Shown here piece by piece: positions 62,569-64,000 of a stretch of DNA of 64,000 nucleotides. Origin of the DNA: Epiperipatus broadwayi (lineage: Eukaryota > Animalia > Onychophora). A program made the translations under genes and the position numbers. The notes below the pieces were generated by a model that saw only the letters and a list, made by a program, of their open reading frames with translations, was not told the DNA's origin and did not search any database. The stretch covers positions 15,624,001 to 15,688,000 of the forward strand of contig JAQFVV010000003.1 in the NCBI GenBank assembly GCA_028023455.1. Direction: 5' to 3'. How positions within the stretch are numbered: the stretch's first letter is position 1; every line of letters starts with the position of its first letter.

Positions 62569-64000
62569 GTAAATTTATTACTGTATATAATTTTTATTGC
62601 AAAGAAATAAAAAAAATTGTAATATAAAACTTTATTAGAAATATGAGAATTAAATTACTTTAATTTATTTTTCAAAGACACATTATTTATTCTTTTGAAA
62701 AAAAATTGATTACATTTGTTTACATTTCTTTTTCCACATGTAATAGCAATGTCAAATACAACTAGAAAGAATAAATACAATAAAATAAGTACAAAGCCAA
62801 AGATTATATATGTGGTTCATAGCAGTTAGTTATATTATAGCTTTGGAGAATGAGAGGGAATTGACCAGTTTTCTATGTATACTTTGTATTCTGCAACTTT
62901 TTTTTTTTATCTCTTTTTCTTATTATTTCTAAATATATTTGGATATCATCTGGAGTTGTTATTGTATACAAATGTGCATCTTGTATATTATATTGCTTAT
63001 AGAAGAAATATACTGGCATGCACATGTGAAAAAAGCCATTACAAAACTTTTCTCTTGTCTCAGACAAGACAAGATCAGGGCTGAGATATCAGCTATATTT
63101 AAGAACAAAAATATAAATATGAAATATCTCTGAAAAGTTTTCTCACTTTAATTTTTATTCAGAAATTTTGTTAAACATCATATTTTCAAATTATATTATA
63201 ATTTTCAAACAAAACCAAACAAATTATTTTAAATTCAGCGAATGTAACATTTATACAGACTATTTGAACTATATGGGTTGTTATTATTTTTTTATAATAC
63301 TCTTCAAAAAACTTTTTTGTTAAAATAAAATAGGAGGAGATGAAGAAGAAATCAATGAAATCCCGGAAGTTATTTGATTTTTTTAAAAAAAAATTATTTC
63401 TGAAGAATGTCATAGACAAAGTAATAATCAAGTATAGTTTAAATTGTTTTATAATTTAATAACTAATAAATTAGCTTAATGTAAACAATTTATTATTTGA
63501 TGTGTGTACTATATAATGTCTATTTTTTAAAATTTTATTCTTCATAAATTACAAATTGTATTTAATAAAGAATTAAGAAAAGAAAAAAATGTATCCTTCA
63601 AATATTGAAATATAAGACAATCATTAATACAAAAATGGATAGCATAAAACATCTTTTTAGATGAAAAGTATTTTAATCCTATCAAATCAGATTCAAAAAT
63701 TATTGTAGACTAAAGCTTGGACAATTACAGTCCTTGAATATTGAACTGTTTACAAAATTTAACATGCATCATTAAAATAATTTTAATGTATGTTTGCTTC
63801 ACAAATTGACATGTTTTGTTAAGAAGATTTAAATATGATTTAACTATTCAGAATATTTGCAAATAGCAGATTAGTTTAACTTAGAAATGCAGATTAAAAA
63901 CATTATTTGATAAATAGAAAAATAGGATATTAATATACAGTTGCTATAAATAGAAGAAATGAGTGACAAATATTTTATTACTGGATTACAGAATAGTATT

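Overview
Very AT-rich, CpG-depleted eukaryotic (probably invertebrate animal) genomic DNA; the organism cannot be determined from sequence alone. The backbone is one plus-strand gene with long introns (about 6-21 kb). I can chain five GT-AG exons with consistent phases (10571-10971, 31621-31799, 37854-37973, 44758-44899, 62430-62568). They encode a low-complexity linker followed by fibronectin type III (FN3)-like repeats, and the gene is incomplete at both ends. The introns are full of mobile DNA: four RTE-clade LINE fragments (one with a 10-bp TSD and (GAT)n tail), two Penelope-like elements (RT plus GIY-YIG), an internally deleted Merlin transposon with a perfect 8-bp TSD, a decayed mariner, MITE-like palindromes, a solo-LTR-like element and an old 1.4-kb duplication. 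The most interesting signal is a set of non-coding repeats carrying type I hammerhead-ribozyme motifs (CUGAnGA - stem II - GAAA - palindromic stem III - UH). These are a near-intact 399-bp head-to-tail dimer on the host sense strand (retrozyme-like), a second family in three inverted arrangements, and a third degenerate 430-480-bp family. All share the inverted-end architecture seen in the Penelope element of this window. All alignments, folds and identities were judged by eye and none was computed.
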